Virus record (IMG/VR): IMGVR_UViG_3300025652_000032
Location: 64,030-128,029 of that record
Source of the DNA: a virus
Length of the DNA: 64,000 bases
Direction: 5' to 3' (one strand)
The translations under genes and the position numbers were made by a program. Numbering within the stretch: position 1 is the first letter of the stretch; every line of letters starts with the position of its first letter. This document shows positions 12,901 to 20,912 of this stretch, piece by piece. The notes beneath the pieces are model-generated. The model did no database searches. It was not told the DNA's origin and saw only the letters and a list, made by a program, of their open reading frames with translations.

Positions 12901-13035
12901 GAAATATGGATTTGTAATACTACCATCTCCGGTGGTGTCACTTCCATTCGGAGAGCAGTACAGATACATGGTAGTATCCACCAAGTTAATTGGTAGTTGT
13001 CCCTGCGGTATTCTAATTGCACTTTGATCAGCCAT
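9997..13035 (-). CDS. Beta-helix (pectin-lyase-like) adhesin/tailspike with an internal Cys-rich insertion
   Basis: 1012 aa; N-terminal YLYCSPNGSDTTGDGSITNPY motif and repeated G(V/I/F).A.NNS.I rungs on both sides of a block of about 44 Cys. Confidence 0.65.
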   Translation of the reverse strand: MADQSAIRIPQGQLPINLVDTTMYLYCSPNGSDTTGDGSITNPYFHPSRALEDLKRLFFTETGNAIIECASGTYNYEYPIIIDNQTKKKISIKGSSGVSFKLQEVTSYKYDAQENIEGNGYGVGSLVDNRITVKLASTENLSSPPTSPILPTTAGVEVGDYILFRDQTSGSQRYYPTGKDGSLGSEGLTGPNPGDARTNVLGCYEIIAVNTTDNTVTFRSRGKNFLHKVAKSQITNSGDISVNDDIYVGGYKSFNNSETGDPTGKYGTLATTGIDTSIGTVVSDHAISAKVMKSIFRFKRSDAHGRRHATKGLVLKPNSSLHGISNLVFQGDVRFKHFNEMDPAASNGEAILAFKNSSIGNGVCDNIGISGWYAGVAAHTNSTINLDGLAISDCSFGVVAENNSTVSCKNGTITGCDVVGIVANNNSIIRTTNTTVGSGGYSPLTIDLDNVGSDASELMSGDYLSINLDDGVSVTTKCVWNSFKDPYNRMIDPVFDLYNYYPLNTGNQIYLQSIWPVVGLGFRDVSTNESSPNRIISSGGFLYGVGQGVLPENSLASTYEPDGECNSADEDLAGGVCYPPGFFGDPFDFISTGDGGFFGPGDLFCTNCVNCTDCENGCASSGGICENFCCSNCSDYACDPANGCDGGDCDDDEDDVDPPDNPGDGDPPVDDPCDDEPCQSGCAPDPGDGDFCSWCVQCGNPDDCFCTCNPGDPCCADPDGCECTGEDGTCCGVDCTQAIDCQGSGCCCDATDTDGKPCFCKNDENTCSGFGTPCEGIPGLFQECTNCPDGECICPPGTDNEFTCTRPCNNVEPPDETTYRLVDHPMGIGFLSHNNSSIDAPRCYVSLLRNGGFVAMENSLIDANLSFVRGCAGPGFLSRENSSINARNSSAQRTRGGYTARQNSNIQAQMAYATDNAEYNFIARNDSIINCEKATSAISRTISSGTTVATITTANQIYAGMSTAHGQSNLGSFINKTGIIELEVGNVTPNNADDWAVDSTSHIEPPTTSGAS

Positions 13036-13052
13036 TTTGTTTTATTACTCTC

Positions 13053-14270
13053 CTAAAGTTCAGAATCTACTGTAACCCATACTCTACCTTGAACATGTCC
13101 GTTATTTGCATCAGCACCAAGTGCGCCTCCGCCAGGGTTGTGACCACTATTTAGGTTTGCAATAAGGTTGCCAGTACCACTACTAACAGTTACCTGTAAA
13201 ACAAAACCATCAATGTCAGCATGTAGCAAATCTACACCTCTGTTCGTGTCTCTATTAGACCAGTCTCCATAAACATGTTTACTTGCCCAATATTTATTTC
13301 TTTTTTCATCCATCTTGATTACGGTTGAACTTGTTTGTGCAGTTCCCTGTGCGCCATCCGAAGTTACGAACGATCTAATAGTTTCAAAGTATCGTTTACA
13401 ATCTCTAATCTCATCACCGATGCTTCTCTGTTCGAAGTCAGTGCTTTGTTCACCTGCTTCGAGTTGCACCTGTGATAGATCGATTTCTTCGGTTGCTCCT
13501 GTGTTCCAACCAAATACTGCCGGTGCGATCGGAAGTCCAGAACCAGTTCCACCAGTTCCTGCTTGGAGATAAATTCTTGCAGCAAGATAACTCCCTGCTG
13601 TATCACCCATACCAGTGGGTGTTGGATTGCCAGCAAACCCAAGTGTTTCTCCTGCAAGATCGGGGATGCTGAACGTGTGTGAATATTTTGCCCAAGCAGT
13701 TCCGAGTGCAAACGTCACTCCTTCTATGACTACATCAGAAGAATGATTTGCGGCACCTGTTCCAAACACCTGAACCATTGAAGCACCGATTACTCTAGAT
13801 GATCCACTCACCGTAGAGAACTTTCCTTTGAATGAAAGTGTCGCACTCTTTCCTGCGAGTGTCTTTACGTTTTCGATTCTTTGTTCTAAATATGCCTCTG
13901 TGGTTTCGCCACTTGCAATATTTGTTGGGTTGTATAGGTGAGAAAGAGAAGCACCAGTTCCGCTCGTTTGTACGCGAAGGAAGTGATTACTTAAAGGCGT
14001 AAATCCAACGGGTCCATCTGATTCGTGTTCTATTCTTTGGACTTTTACCTCTGGTTGGAATCCTTGGGTAGAACCGATTTGATAATATCGCCATCGATCC
14101 AGTGTATAATCGAAAGTAGATCCGAGTGTCACTTCACCGAAACCAAATTCATATGTCACTCCGGTAAACTCACCACGCTGACAGATATTGAAATCGCCAT
14201 TGATGATAGCATTTCTTCTTTCTTGTGGACCTTGATGTCCTCTTAGATTTATTGCACTACTTGCGTACAT
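13053..14270 (-). CDS. Tail-fibre-type carbohydrate-binding-like domain protein
   Basis: 405 aa; NAIINGDFNICQRG, LDRW, EQRIENVKTLAGK.ATLSF and SQVQLEAGEQSTDFE...EIRDCKRYFE pattern, typical of phage fibre C-terminal domains. Confidence 0.65.
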   Translation of the reverse strand: MYASSAINLRGHQGPQERRNAIINGDFNICQRGEFTGVTYEFGFGEVTLGSTFDYTLDRWRYYQIGSTQGFQPEVKVQRIEHESDGPVGFTPLSNHFLRVQTSGTGASLSHLYNPTNIASGETTEAYLEQRIENVKTLAGKSATLSFKGKFSTVSGSSRVIGASMVQVFGTGAANHSSDVVIEGVTFALGTAWAKYSHTFSIPDLAGETLGFAGNPTPTGMGDTAGSYLAARIYLQAGTGGTGSGLPIAPAVFGWNTGATEEIDLSQVQLEAGEQSTDFEQRSIGDEIRDCKRYFETIRSFVTSDGAQGTAQTSSTVIKMDEKRNKYWASKHVYGDWSNRDTNRGVDLLHADIDGFVLQVTVSSGTGNLIANLNSGHNPGGGALGADANNGHVQGRVWVTVDSEL

Positions 14271-14290
14271 TTAGTTTGATTCCTTTTCTA

Positions 14291-17200
14291 TCAGAAAGTC
14301 GAAAGTGCTACTCGTTTCCATGTGTCGCCTTCTACACAAACATAGAGATGTGTTGTACTCCATGCAATGTCTCCCGTATTACCCGAAGCAGAGGAAGAAG
14401 CAGGAACAAGAGGTCCGGTTCCACCGGATCCTTCATCAGAACCCAAACGGAATCGTCCGAGATTATCTATACTTGCTCTTTCAATACCATCTGTGGTGAA
14501 AGACATTTTGTTTGTGCTATGTTCGTATTTAATCTGTCCTTCGTCTACGTCACCCGCAGAGTTATGGAATCGAACAGCACCAGTCTTGTTACCGAGTGAT
14601 CTAATTTCAACAACAGGATCACCCGTACCATGACATACGATCTTAGTATCCGAACCATAAACGTAGAGGTTCGAGGCAACAGATGCATCCGTGTCCATAC
14701 AACCAGAACCGATTGCAAGTCTACCTTCGAACGAACCCGTGCCACCGAAACTAATTCCGGTTGAGGTTGCTGTGATTCCGTGTGACTTCAGTGAACCTGA
14801 AACATCAAGTGATGCTCCGGGTGCTGCGATACCGATACCAACATCACCGTCCATGTATGCGATATCTGGTGCAGATGTTTGCCATTGGGAGAATGTCACA
14901 CCGTGGAATGTTGTACCAGATGCACTATCATTTACCAGTGCTACCGTTGCAGTCGTTCCTGCAACTGGTCTACCAGCGGGAAGTGTGTATCCATTTGTTC
15001 CGTTGTTTGTTACTTCTACAGAAACACTCTTGAAAGATCCCCGGACATCAAGAGAAGCACCGGGTGCCGTTGTACCAATGCCGACCATGTGATCAGCAGA
15101 TGCACCCATCGAGGTTCCAACTGTAAGAACGGGCAGGTTATCATTACCAGTAAAGACAAATCCTTCACCGGAAACTCCCTTAATTCTCATGAAGTTTTGT
15201 GTTGTGGTATCTTCGTAAATTCTAACTTGTGCTGTGATCCCGTCGAGGCGAATACCTTCCGAATCACCACCAGCAGTTCCGCCGATGTGTAATCTGGACT
15301 GGGGATCTGCGTTATTGATTCCGAGGTGTCCACCAGTACCGAGACGCATTCTTTCTGTTCCGGTTACGTCCAACGTACTCTGGGAAGCAGCAAAGATAAG
15401 ATCTTCACCGCTATTTGGTCTGAGATCTCGAATCAGTGGTTTGTAATCGTAGTATCCATCGTCGGAGTCTGTGTCGTAGATGAGAATATCACCATCAGAA
15501 ACTCCAGTGTCGTACACGTTTGTAAGTTCACCGGCAGTCAGTGCTACATCAAGTCCATTGATGAGCGATGCTTTTGCTGCTGATGTGAGTTTGATGATGT
15601 AGTTCACAACACCGTATGGTTGCATGTTGTTGTGACTGATACTCTCTCCTGTGTTATCCAATCCAAGATTATCGAAGGATGATGTGATTGATCCTTCGAT
15701 TGGAATACTGCCAGTTCCGTCTTCAGTTTGAAGATTCAGAGATCCTGCACTGAATGATGCATTACCGATGATATCGAGTTCACCTATATCTGAATTCAGT
15801 GGGGTCTCGTTACCATTACTGAAAAGATCCTGAATGGGCGCGTTCGGGATTGGGACACTGGAAGTAAATCTATATCCACTTCGATCTTCTCCAGAGAAAC
15901 GAGTTCTCGCCATATTCCGTTGATTACCGCTACCACATTCACCACACACGACATAGTTATCGATCACGCCGCTGGGGGTATTGGGTCTACCAACAAAGAT
16001 ACCATCTGTCTGTCCGTATTGTGGAGTGAAAAATTGACTATCATCATTACTAGACGAAAGCGAATGTCCAACAACGTGAATGTGCTGCGGAACTCTCAGT
16101 CCGGTTGAGTTTACTTGCCCAGTTCCTGCAATCAAAATATCTCCAATATTCATTGCAAGATTTGCTTCGATGTTTAATGAAGATGTGTCTGAAATTGCAT
16201 GGGTGTGAACTGGAAGTTCTTGTACAGTAAGTTGGTGAATCTCTTCTCCACCTTCCTGTCCCAAGTTATAGTCGTAAAGTGTATTTGTAGAACCGGCCCT
16301 CGTTCCGATGATGGTCCTACCACGAAGATCTGGTTTGTTAAACTCTGTTACTTCTTGACTAGCAGCATAGAAAACTGTGCTGATATCAGAACCAATGTTT
16401 ATGTTGTTTGCTGAAATGATAGAGAGACTTGCGTGTTCAACACCTGTGCTATCTGTATCTTCTAGTGCTGGAAATCTAAGAACTGGTTCGTGAGGAATCA
16501 ATACCGTTCCACCAGCACCTTGAATCTGTTTAGTAAGATGATCAACTTCTACTGTTAGAATATTTTGTGAATCGTCCCAGGCCCTAATCGTTCCAGTAAC
16601 TGTAACCGATTCCCCAAGATCACCACCGATGGAGTCGTAGATAAACGATGAAGATACTCTACCACCCACTACTGAGTAGGCAGATAAATCTACACCAATT
16701 CCATCTCTTCTACCAATTCGAATTCTTTGTACGAATCCGTATCGTTGTCCTATTCGGGAAAATAGTTCTGGATATGATGATGTGACTAATGAATCACCAT
16801 CACACAAACTCCACCCATCTGGAACATCACTCTGTGTTCCTGCGTATGGTGCAATCACACCGGCCGGTTGAATACCTTCGAGACTTACTGTTGCTTCACC
16901 ACCAATAAGTGTACCGATATAATTTGTTACCAATCCTTTACCCTGCTCAGTTCTTGTGAGCATCGGTTTGATGACCGTACCACCGGCGGTTGGTGGTGAT
17001 TCGATCAATTCACCGGCAGTCGTATCCGAAAGGAAGTAGACTACCTTCGACTCATCATCCATATTCGCCATACTTGATAGATCAATTTCACCCTGATATA
17101 CAAGAGTAAACTGACTCGTACTGATTACCTTTTCTACAACACCAGATACTTCTGCGTTGACAGCAGAATTTGCTTGTGCGCCTGTAAACCCAGAGGTGGC

Positions 17201-17317
17201 AGTATCCCAACGAACAACACTACCTGCAACAAATCCGTGTGTTGCTTGGGTTATATTGTTCCGGATGGACTTTCCATCTGCGGATGCTGTTTGTAATTTG
17301 AATGCACTATATGCCAC
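14291..17317 (-). CDS. Tail fibre with tail-collar domain (short-fibre-like)
   Basis: 1008 aa, GTG start; collar motifs PAGVIAPYAG..VPDGWSLCDG, YPELFSRIG, PDLRGRTIIG, GGEEIHQLT..ELPVHTH and HNNMQPYGVVNYIIK; later GIGT..PGASLDV repeats. Confidence 0.75.
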   Translation of the reverse strand: MAYSAFKLQTASADGKSIRNNITQATHGFVAGSVVRWDTATSGFTGAQANSAVNAEVSGVVEKVISTSQFTLVYQGEIDLSSMANMDDESKVVYFLSDTTAGELIESPPTAGGTVIKPMLTRTEQGKGLVTNYIGTLIGGEATVSLEGIQPAGVIAPYAGTQSDVPDGWSLCDGDSLVTSSYPELFSRIGQRYGFVQRIRIGRRDGIGVDLSAYSVVGGRVSSSFIYDSIGGDLGESVTVTGTIRAWDDSQNILTVEVDHLTKQIQGAGGTVLIPHEPVLRFPALEDTDSTGVEHASLSIISANNINIGSDISTVFYAASQEVTEFNKPDLRGRTIIGTRAGSTNTLYDYNLGQEGGEEIHQLTVQELPVHTHAISDTSSLNIEANLAMNIGDILIAGTGQVNSTGLRVPQHIHVVGHSLSSSNDDSQFFTPQYGQTDGIFVGRPNTPSGVIDNYVVCGECGSGNQRNMARTRFSGEDRSGYRFTSSVPIPNAPIQDLFSNGNETPLNSDIGELDIIGNASFSAGSLNLQTEDGTGSIPIEGSITSSFDNLGLDNTGESISHNNMQPYGVVNYIIKLTSAAKASLINGLDVALTAGELTNVYDTGVSDGDILIYDTDSDDGYYDYKPLIRDLRPNSGEDLIFAASQSTLDVTGTERMRLGTGGHLGINNADPQSRLHIGGTAGGDSEGIRLDGITAQVRIYEDTTTQNFMRIKGVSGEGFVFTGNDNLPVLTVGTSMGASADHMVGIGTTAPGASLDVRGSFKSVSVEVTNNGTNGYTLPAGRPVAGTTATVALVNDSASGTTFHGVTFSQWQTSAPDIAYMDGDVGIGIAAPGASLDVSGSLKSHGITATSTGISFGGTGSFEGRLAIGSGCMDTDASVASNLYVYGSDTKIVCHGTGDPVVEIRSLGNKTGAVRFHNSAGDVDEGQIKYEHSTNKMSFTTDGIERASIDNLGRFRLGSDEGSGGTGPLVPASSSASGNTGDIAWSTTHLYVCVEGDTWKRVALSTF

Positions 17318-17339
17318 TTGGTATTATCTCCGTGTTATA

Positions 17340-17347
17340 CTATTTAG
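17340..17347 (-). promoter_or_regulatory. Late promoter variant CTAAATAG overlapping the stop of the upstream gene
   Basis: Minus strand CTAAATAG, then GGAG SD about 10 nt before the GTG at 17317. Confidence 0.4.
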
Positions 17348-20300
17348 TAATATCATTCTTGAGTTCTGCATCGAATTCGTATTCAGCAAGGTATGCTCGA
17401 TCTCCAATACCATTCGAGATAGTTCCACTGAATTGTCTAGAAGGCATAAAACCCCTCTTTGTCAGGACTTGAGTACCACCATAGGCGAATGTCATGTCAT
17501 CAACACTGGCGGAACCGAATCCGTTATCCTCGCCGCCGAACAGGATTTCGGTTGCTTTGACACAAGTTGGGTTGATTCTCATTGGAACAGGGAAACTTGT
17601 ATATGTTCCGTATGTACCGGCAGCAGATCCATTGGAATTGAATTCGGAACCGATCGCTCCATTCCATCCACCCTGTGCAATCTGATAATACTTCTGACAT
17701 GCTTCGAGATCGATTTCAGAAATTGGTGTCTGGAAGTTGGTTGCTTGCTGTCCGTGTTCTACCTGAACCTGTGCGAGTGATAAGATACCATCATATGTCA
17801 GTCCGGTGGCAAATCCTGCGAGCGTTGCTCCATTTGAATCTGTAAACGATGCATTATTGTCATTCGAGAACGTAGTCCATCGAACATCAAGGAAGGATGA
17901 ATCACCCAACGTGGTTCCTTGTGGGAATGCTGGAAGTGAAACAGTATGAACATACTTGTTCCAATCCGTACTCACCGAAATATCATCCACATGAATCGTG
18001 TGTGCGTCTGCACTGTTTCCGAGTGCTTGATAATCCTGCGAAACCGACAGTCGGACTGTATCCCCGACCGTTCCCTTAGCAAAGTAACTAATGGTTATAT
18101 CTTTGTTTGCAAATCTACGGACGTTTTCAATTCTTTGTCCAACGGAAACAGTAGACTTGTTTGAATTTCCGTAGTTTGCATCTATCTTTCCTTGGAAGTT
18201 TAGATAGTGTTTTGGATATCCCGGAACTGTGGTTTGTGAGTGATTAAATGTTCCTTGAGACATTCCACCAATAATATTAGAAGAAGATCCCGATGATGTT
18301 AAATCTGGAATTACTTCTGCATTAAATCTATCTGCATGGAATGTATCATACTTAGATCCGTCAGATAAGAAGTCCGTGCTTAAAGTTGTTGGAGCAGTAC
18401 CTCTCTGCCAGTGATCGAAGTTACTGTTGATGATGAGGTTTCTTCCCTGTCGTCCAACAACAGGAGGAAGAACTTGACCTGGATCATCGATGAAGTATCC
18501 GAGGACTTCGACTTGCAAACTAATCACTGAAGTATATGATGGTACACCATTGTCAGTATTATGTGGGTTTCCGAAGGAGACCGCCAATTGTCCGTTTGGA
18601 TTTGAATTTTCAATTGGGATAATCTTTGTAAAGGTTTGTCCTTCTACATTAAAATCGGCCATACCCGCATCACGAACTGACATGGTTGATACGTTATCAG
18701 TCGTTTCAAAATTGTTTGGGAAGTTTGCGTTGGGTACACCACAATAAATTTCTTCTTGACGACCAGCACCTCTGTGCTTGGCATTAACTTTCACCATCAT
18801 GTGCGTAGCATTTGTCGGTGGTGTTATCTTTGTGAAGTAGTCGCTGATGCTTGTCCATGCGGCCGTATTGTTTGTGTATGAGTATGCAACTCGGTTCGCT
18901 TCCGCTGCGTTATCGCTAGATTCTGTTGATTGACTGAAGAACAATCTGAATTTTTCATATCCCGTGATATTTGAATCATACGGAGATGGATTTGTTCCTG
19001 ATGCTCGGAATGGCAGAGGAGCAGTTTGTGTTGCCTGTTTAATCATCACCTTAGTGGTTCTTTGTCCCTCGGTTGGGAAGAACGTCTTACCAGTTAAGAC
19101 TGCGGGTTCGACCCCATCATCGTTACTACCTCCACCAGTTGGAGGTGCAACATTTTCGGTAATTCGTCTACCGACATAACTGAGAACCAAACCCTTTGAA
19201 GGACTGGTGGCAATGAACATCGGTTTCTTAACCATGTTAATTGTTCTTGGATATTCAAGTCCCAGACTACTGTTTGAACTTCCAGCAGTATTTGGTGTCA
19301 GGAAGTAAACCCGTCCAGTTTCGAAGGGGGTTCGATCAACCGAAGTCATATCAATGTCAATCCAACCGGAGTTCGTTATGTAGAATGCATCAGATGAACC
19401 AGATGCGGGTGTAACAACCTCGCTGATAATTCCCTGAGTTTCTGCACTTACTTCAGTGTTTGCCTGTGCTTTTTGATAAGTACCAAATGGTTGTGCTGAG
19501 TTTGTTGTTCCAGCATCAAACCTCACGACATCACCAATAGTTAATCCGTGATTCTCTTGGTTGACTAGGAGTCTGTTTCCTTGTGCAACCACACCAGTCT
19601 CAATCGACTCTGCGATCTCACCACCGATGTAACTCACAACGAATCCTGTGTCACCAGTGATACCAATCATCATTGGTTTTCTTACGAAACCAACCTGAGA
19701 ATCTACTGGTGCATTTTGTGAAAGCATACCCGTGCTACCAGATGATAGGAAGTATGCTTTACCAATTTCTAAGGTAAACCCAGCAGTAACATTATCAATA
19801 ATGTTGCTGAAGTCTCCTTTGACTTCACCTTGGAAAGTAATATCGAATGTTGTGTCGTTAATAACCTCAGAAACAATACCAACTGCTTCTGCTTGTTCTT
19901 TATTTGCGGCGAATGCAGCAGTAAACCCATTTGCAGTAGGTCTTACCGGCATACCAAAAGAAAGGCCGTGTGCGGATGATGTAACTACTCTCTTCTTGTT
20001 TATTCCGTGATGGAAGTTGGCAAAACCATCTTCTGAAATTTCTGCAACTTCGACTGGTGTTGACAATGTTGTATTGTCGTAACGAAGAGTTACGCTTCTG
20101 TGGTCTCTTGTTACACCACCTGCGGTAGTGTATCCGGGATTGGCAGTGAATCCCATAAGTAACGATTCGCAAGATGATCCGCCAGCAAAGTGAATATTAC
20201 CGGCGGTTCCTGTTACAAGACCCCATCCATCACCGAACTGAATGTTCGCGTTTGTTGTCCATGCTCCAGTCTTACCACAGACACCAATCTGTTGTGGTTT

Positions 20301-20720
20301 CCACAACCAACCAGCACTCGGTCCATCTGTTCTAGCAATTACAATACCACCACCACCAGATGCCAAGATTCCGCTGTCTCCACAGACACCGTTCAATCCA
20401 TCTTCGTTTGTTCCACCCAGAATTAAGTTATAGTCTGCAACCGTTACGTTTGTTGAATGTAAGGTTGTCATTTGACCTAAGACAGTTACATCAGAACCAA
20501 ACGTAACACCCTTAAGAACATGACCAGAGTGTTCAATTTGAAATTCACCGGCAGTGTTAACACCGACAGAAATACCATCACCAGAGATTCCGGTGTATAG
20601 TTTTAGTCTGTTGAGTTTATCGATGATATCTTCATTGGTGATTCGTCTCCACTCTTGGAAGGTATCACCCAGAGAAACATCTGCAATTTCGTATGTATTA
20701 AACTGTGGTCCGGTAGACAT
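17340..20720 (-). CDS. Multi-domain virion fibre/adhesin
   Basis: 1126 aa; N-terminal DTFQEWRRITN anchor-like motif, two HGL..G..VR modules and a C-terminal NLIINSNFDHWQRG...QRIENV...AQVQVE...CQKYYQ domain. Confidence 0.65.
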   Translation of the reverse strand: MSTGPQFNTYEIADVSLGDTFQEWRRITNEDIIDKLNRLKLYTGISGDGISVGVNTAGEFQIEHSGHVLKGVTFGSDVTVLGQMTTLHSTNVTVADYNLILGGTNEDGLNGVCGDSGILASGGGGIVIARTDGPSAGWLWKPQQIGVCGKTGAWTTNANIQFGDGWGLVTGTAGNIHFAGGSSCESLLMGFTANPGYTTAGGVTRDHRSVTLRYDNTTLSTPVEVAEISEDGFANFHHGINKKRVVTSSAHGLSFGMPVRPTANGFTAAFAANKEQAEAVGIVSEVINDTTFDITFQGEVKGDFSNIIDNVTAGFTLEIGKAYFLSSGSTGMLSQNAPVDSQVGFVRKPMMIGITGDTGFVVSYIGGEIAESIETGVVAQGNRLLVNQENHGLTIGDVVRFDAGTTNSAQPFGTYQKAQANTEVSAETQGIISEVVTPASGSSDAFYITNSGWIDIDMTSVDRTPFETGRVYFLTPNTAGSSNSSLGLEYPRTINMVKKPMFIATSPSKGLVLSYVGRRITENVAPPTGGGSNDDGVEPAVLTGKTFFPTEGQRTTKVMIKQATQTAPLPFRASGTNPSPYDSNITGYEKFRLFFSQSTESSDNAAEANRVAYSYTNNTAAWTSISDYFTKITPPTNATHMMVKVNAKHRGAGRQEEIYCGVPNANFPNNFETTDNVSTMSVRDAGMADFNVEGQTFTKIIPIENSNPNGQLAVSFGNPHNTDNGVPSYTSVISLQVEVLGYFIDDPGQVLPPVVGRQGRNLIINSNFDHWQRGTAPTTLSTDFLSDGSKYDTFHADRFNAEVIPDLTSSGSSSNIIGGMSQGTFNHSQTTVPGYPKHYLNFQGKIDANYGNSNKSTVSVGQRIENVRRFANKDITISYFAKGTVGDTVRLSVSQDYQALGNSADAHTIHVDDISVSTDWNKYVHTVSLPAFPQGTTLGDSSFLDVRWTTFSNDNNASFTDSNGATLAGFATGLTYDGILSLAQVQVEHGQQATNFQTPISEIDLEACQKYYQIAQGGWNGAIGSEFNSNGSAAGTYGTYTSFPVPMRINPTCVKATEILFGGEDNGFGSASVDDMTFAYGGTQVLTKRGFMPSRQFSGTISNGIGDRAYLAEYEFDAELKNDITK

Positions 20721-20723
20721 CTA

Positions 20724-20912
20724 TTATTTTTCCTCTTTGATTAAATCGCAGATCATTGTCTTAAGATTTTCTATCTCTTGCCTTAGATTATGTATGTCAT
20801 TTATCTGATCTCTTTTTTTGAGATCGTCTTTTAATTTTTTCTTGTTGACCAAGATCAAAGCACCAGTTTCCAAATCTCTCTCATAATTTTTGTTATCCGT
20901 TTTTGCCCTCAT
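20724..20912 (-). CDS. Small hypothetical protein
   Basis: 62 aa with RDLETGALILVN and a coiled-coil-like C-terminus; overlaps the upstream stop. Confidence 0.6.
   Translation of the reverse strand: MRAKTDNKNYERDLETGALILVNKKKLKDDLKKRDQINDIHNLRQEIENLKTMICDLIKEEK

Noticed and set aside
13053-20720. Diversity-generating retroelement acting on the paralogous fibre domains
   Set aside because: No reverse transcriptase and no near-identical template/variable repeat pair differing at adenines was seen.
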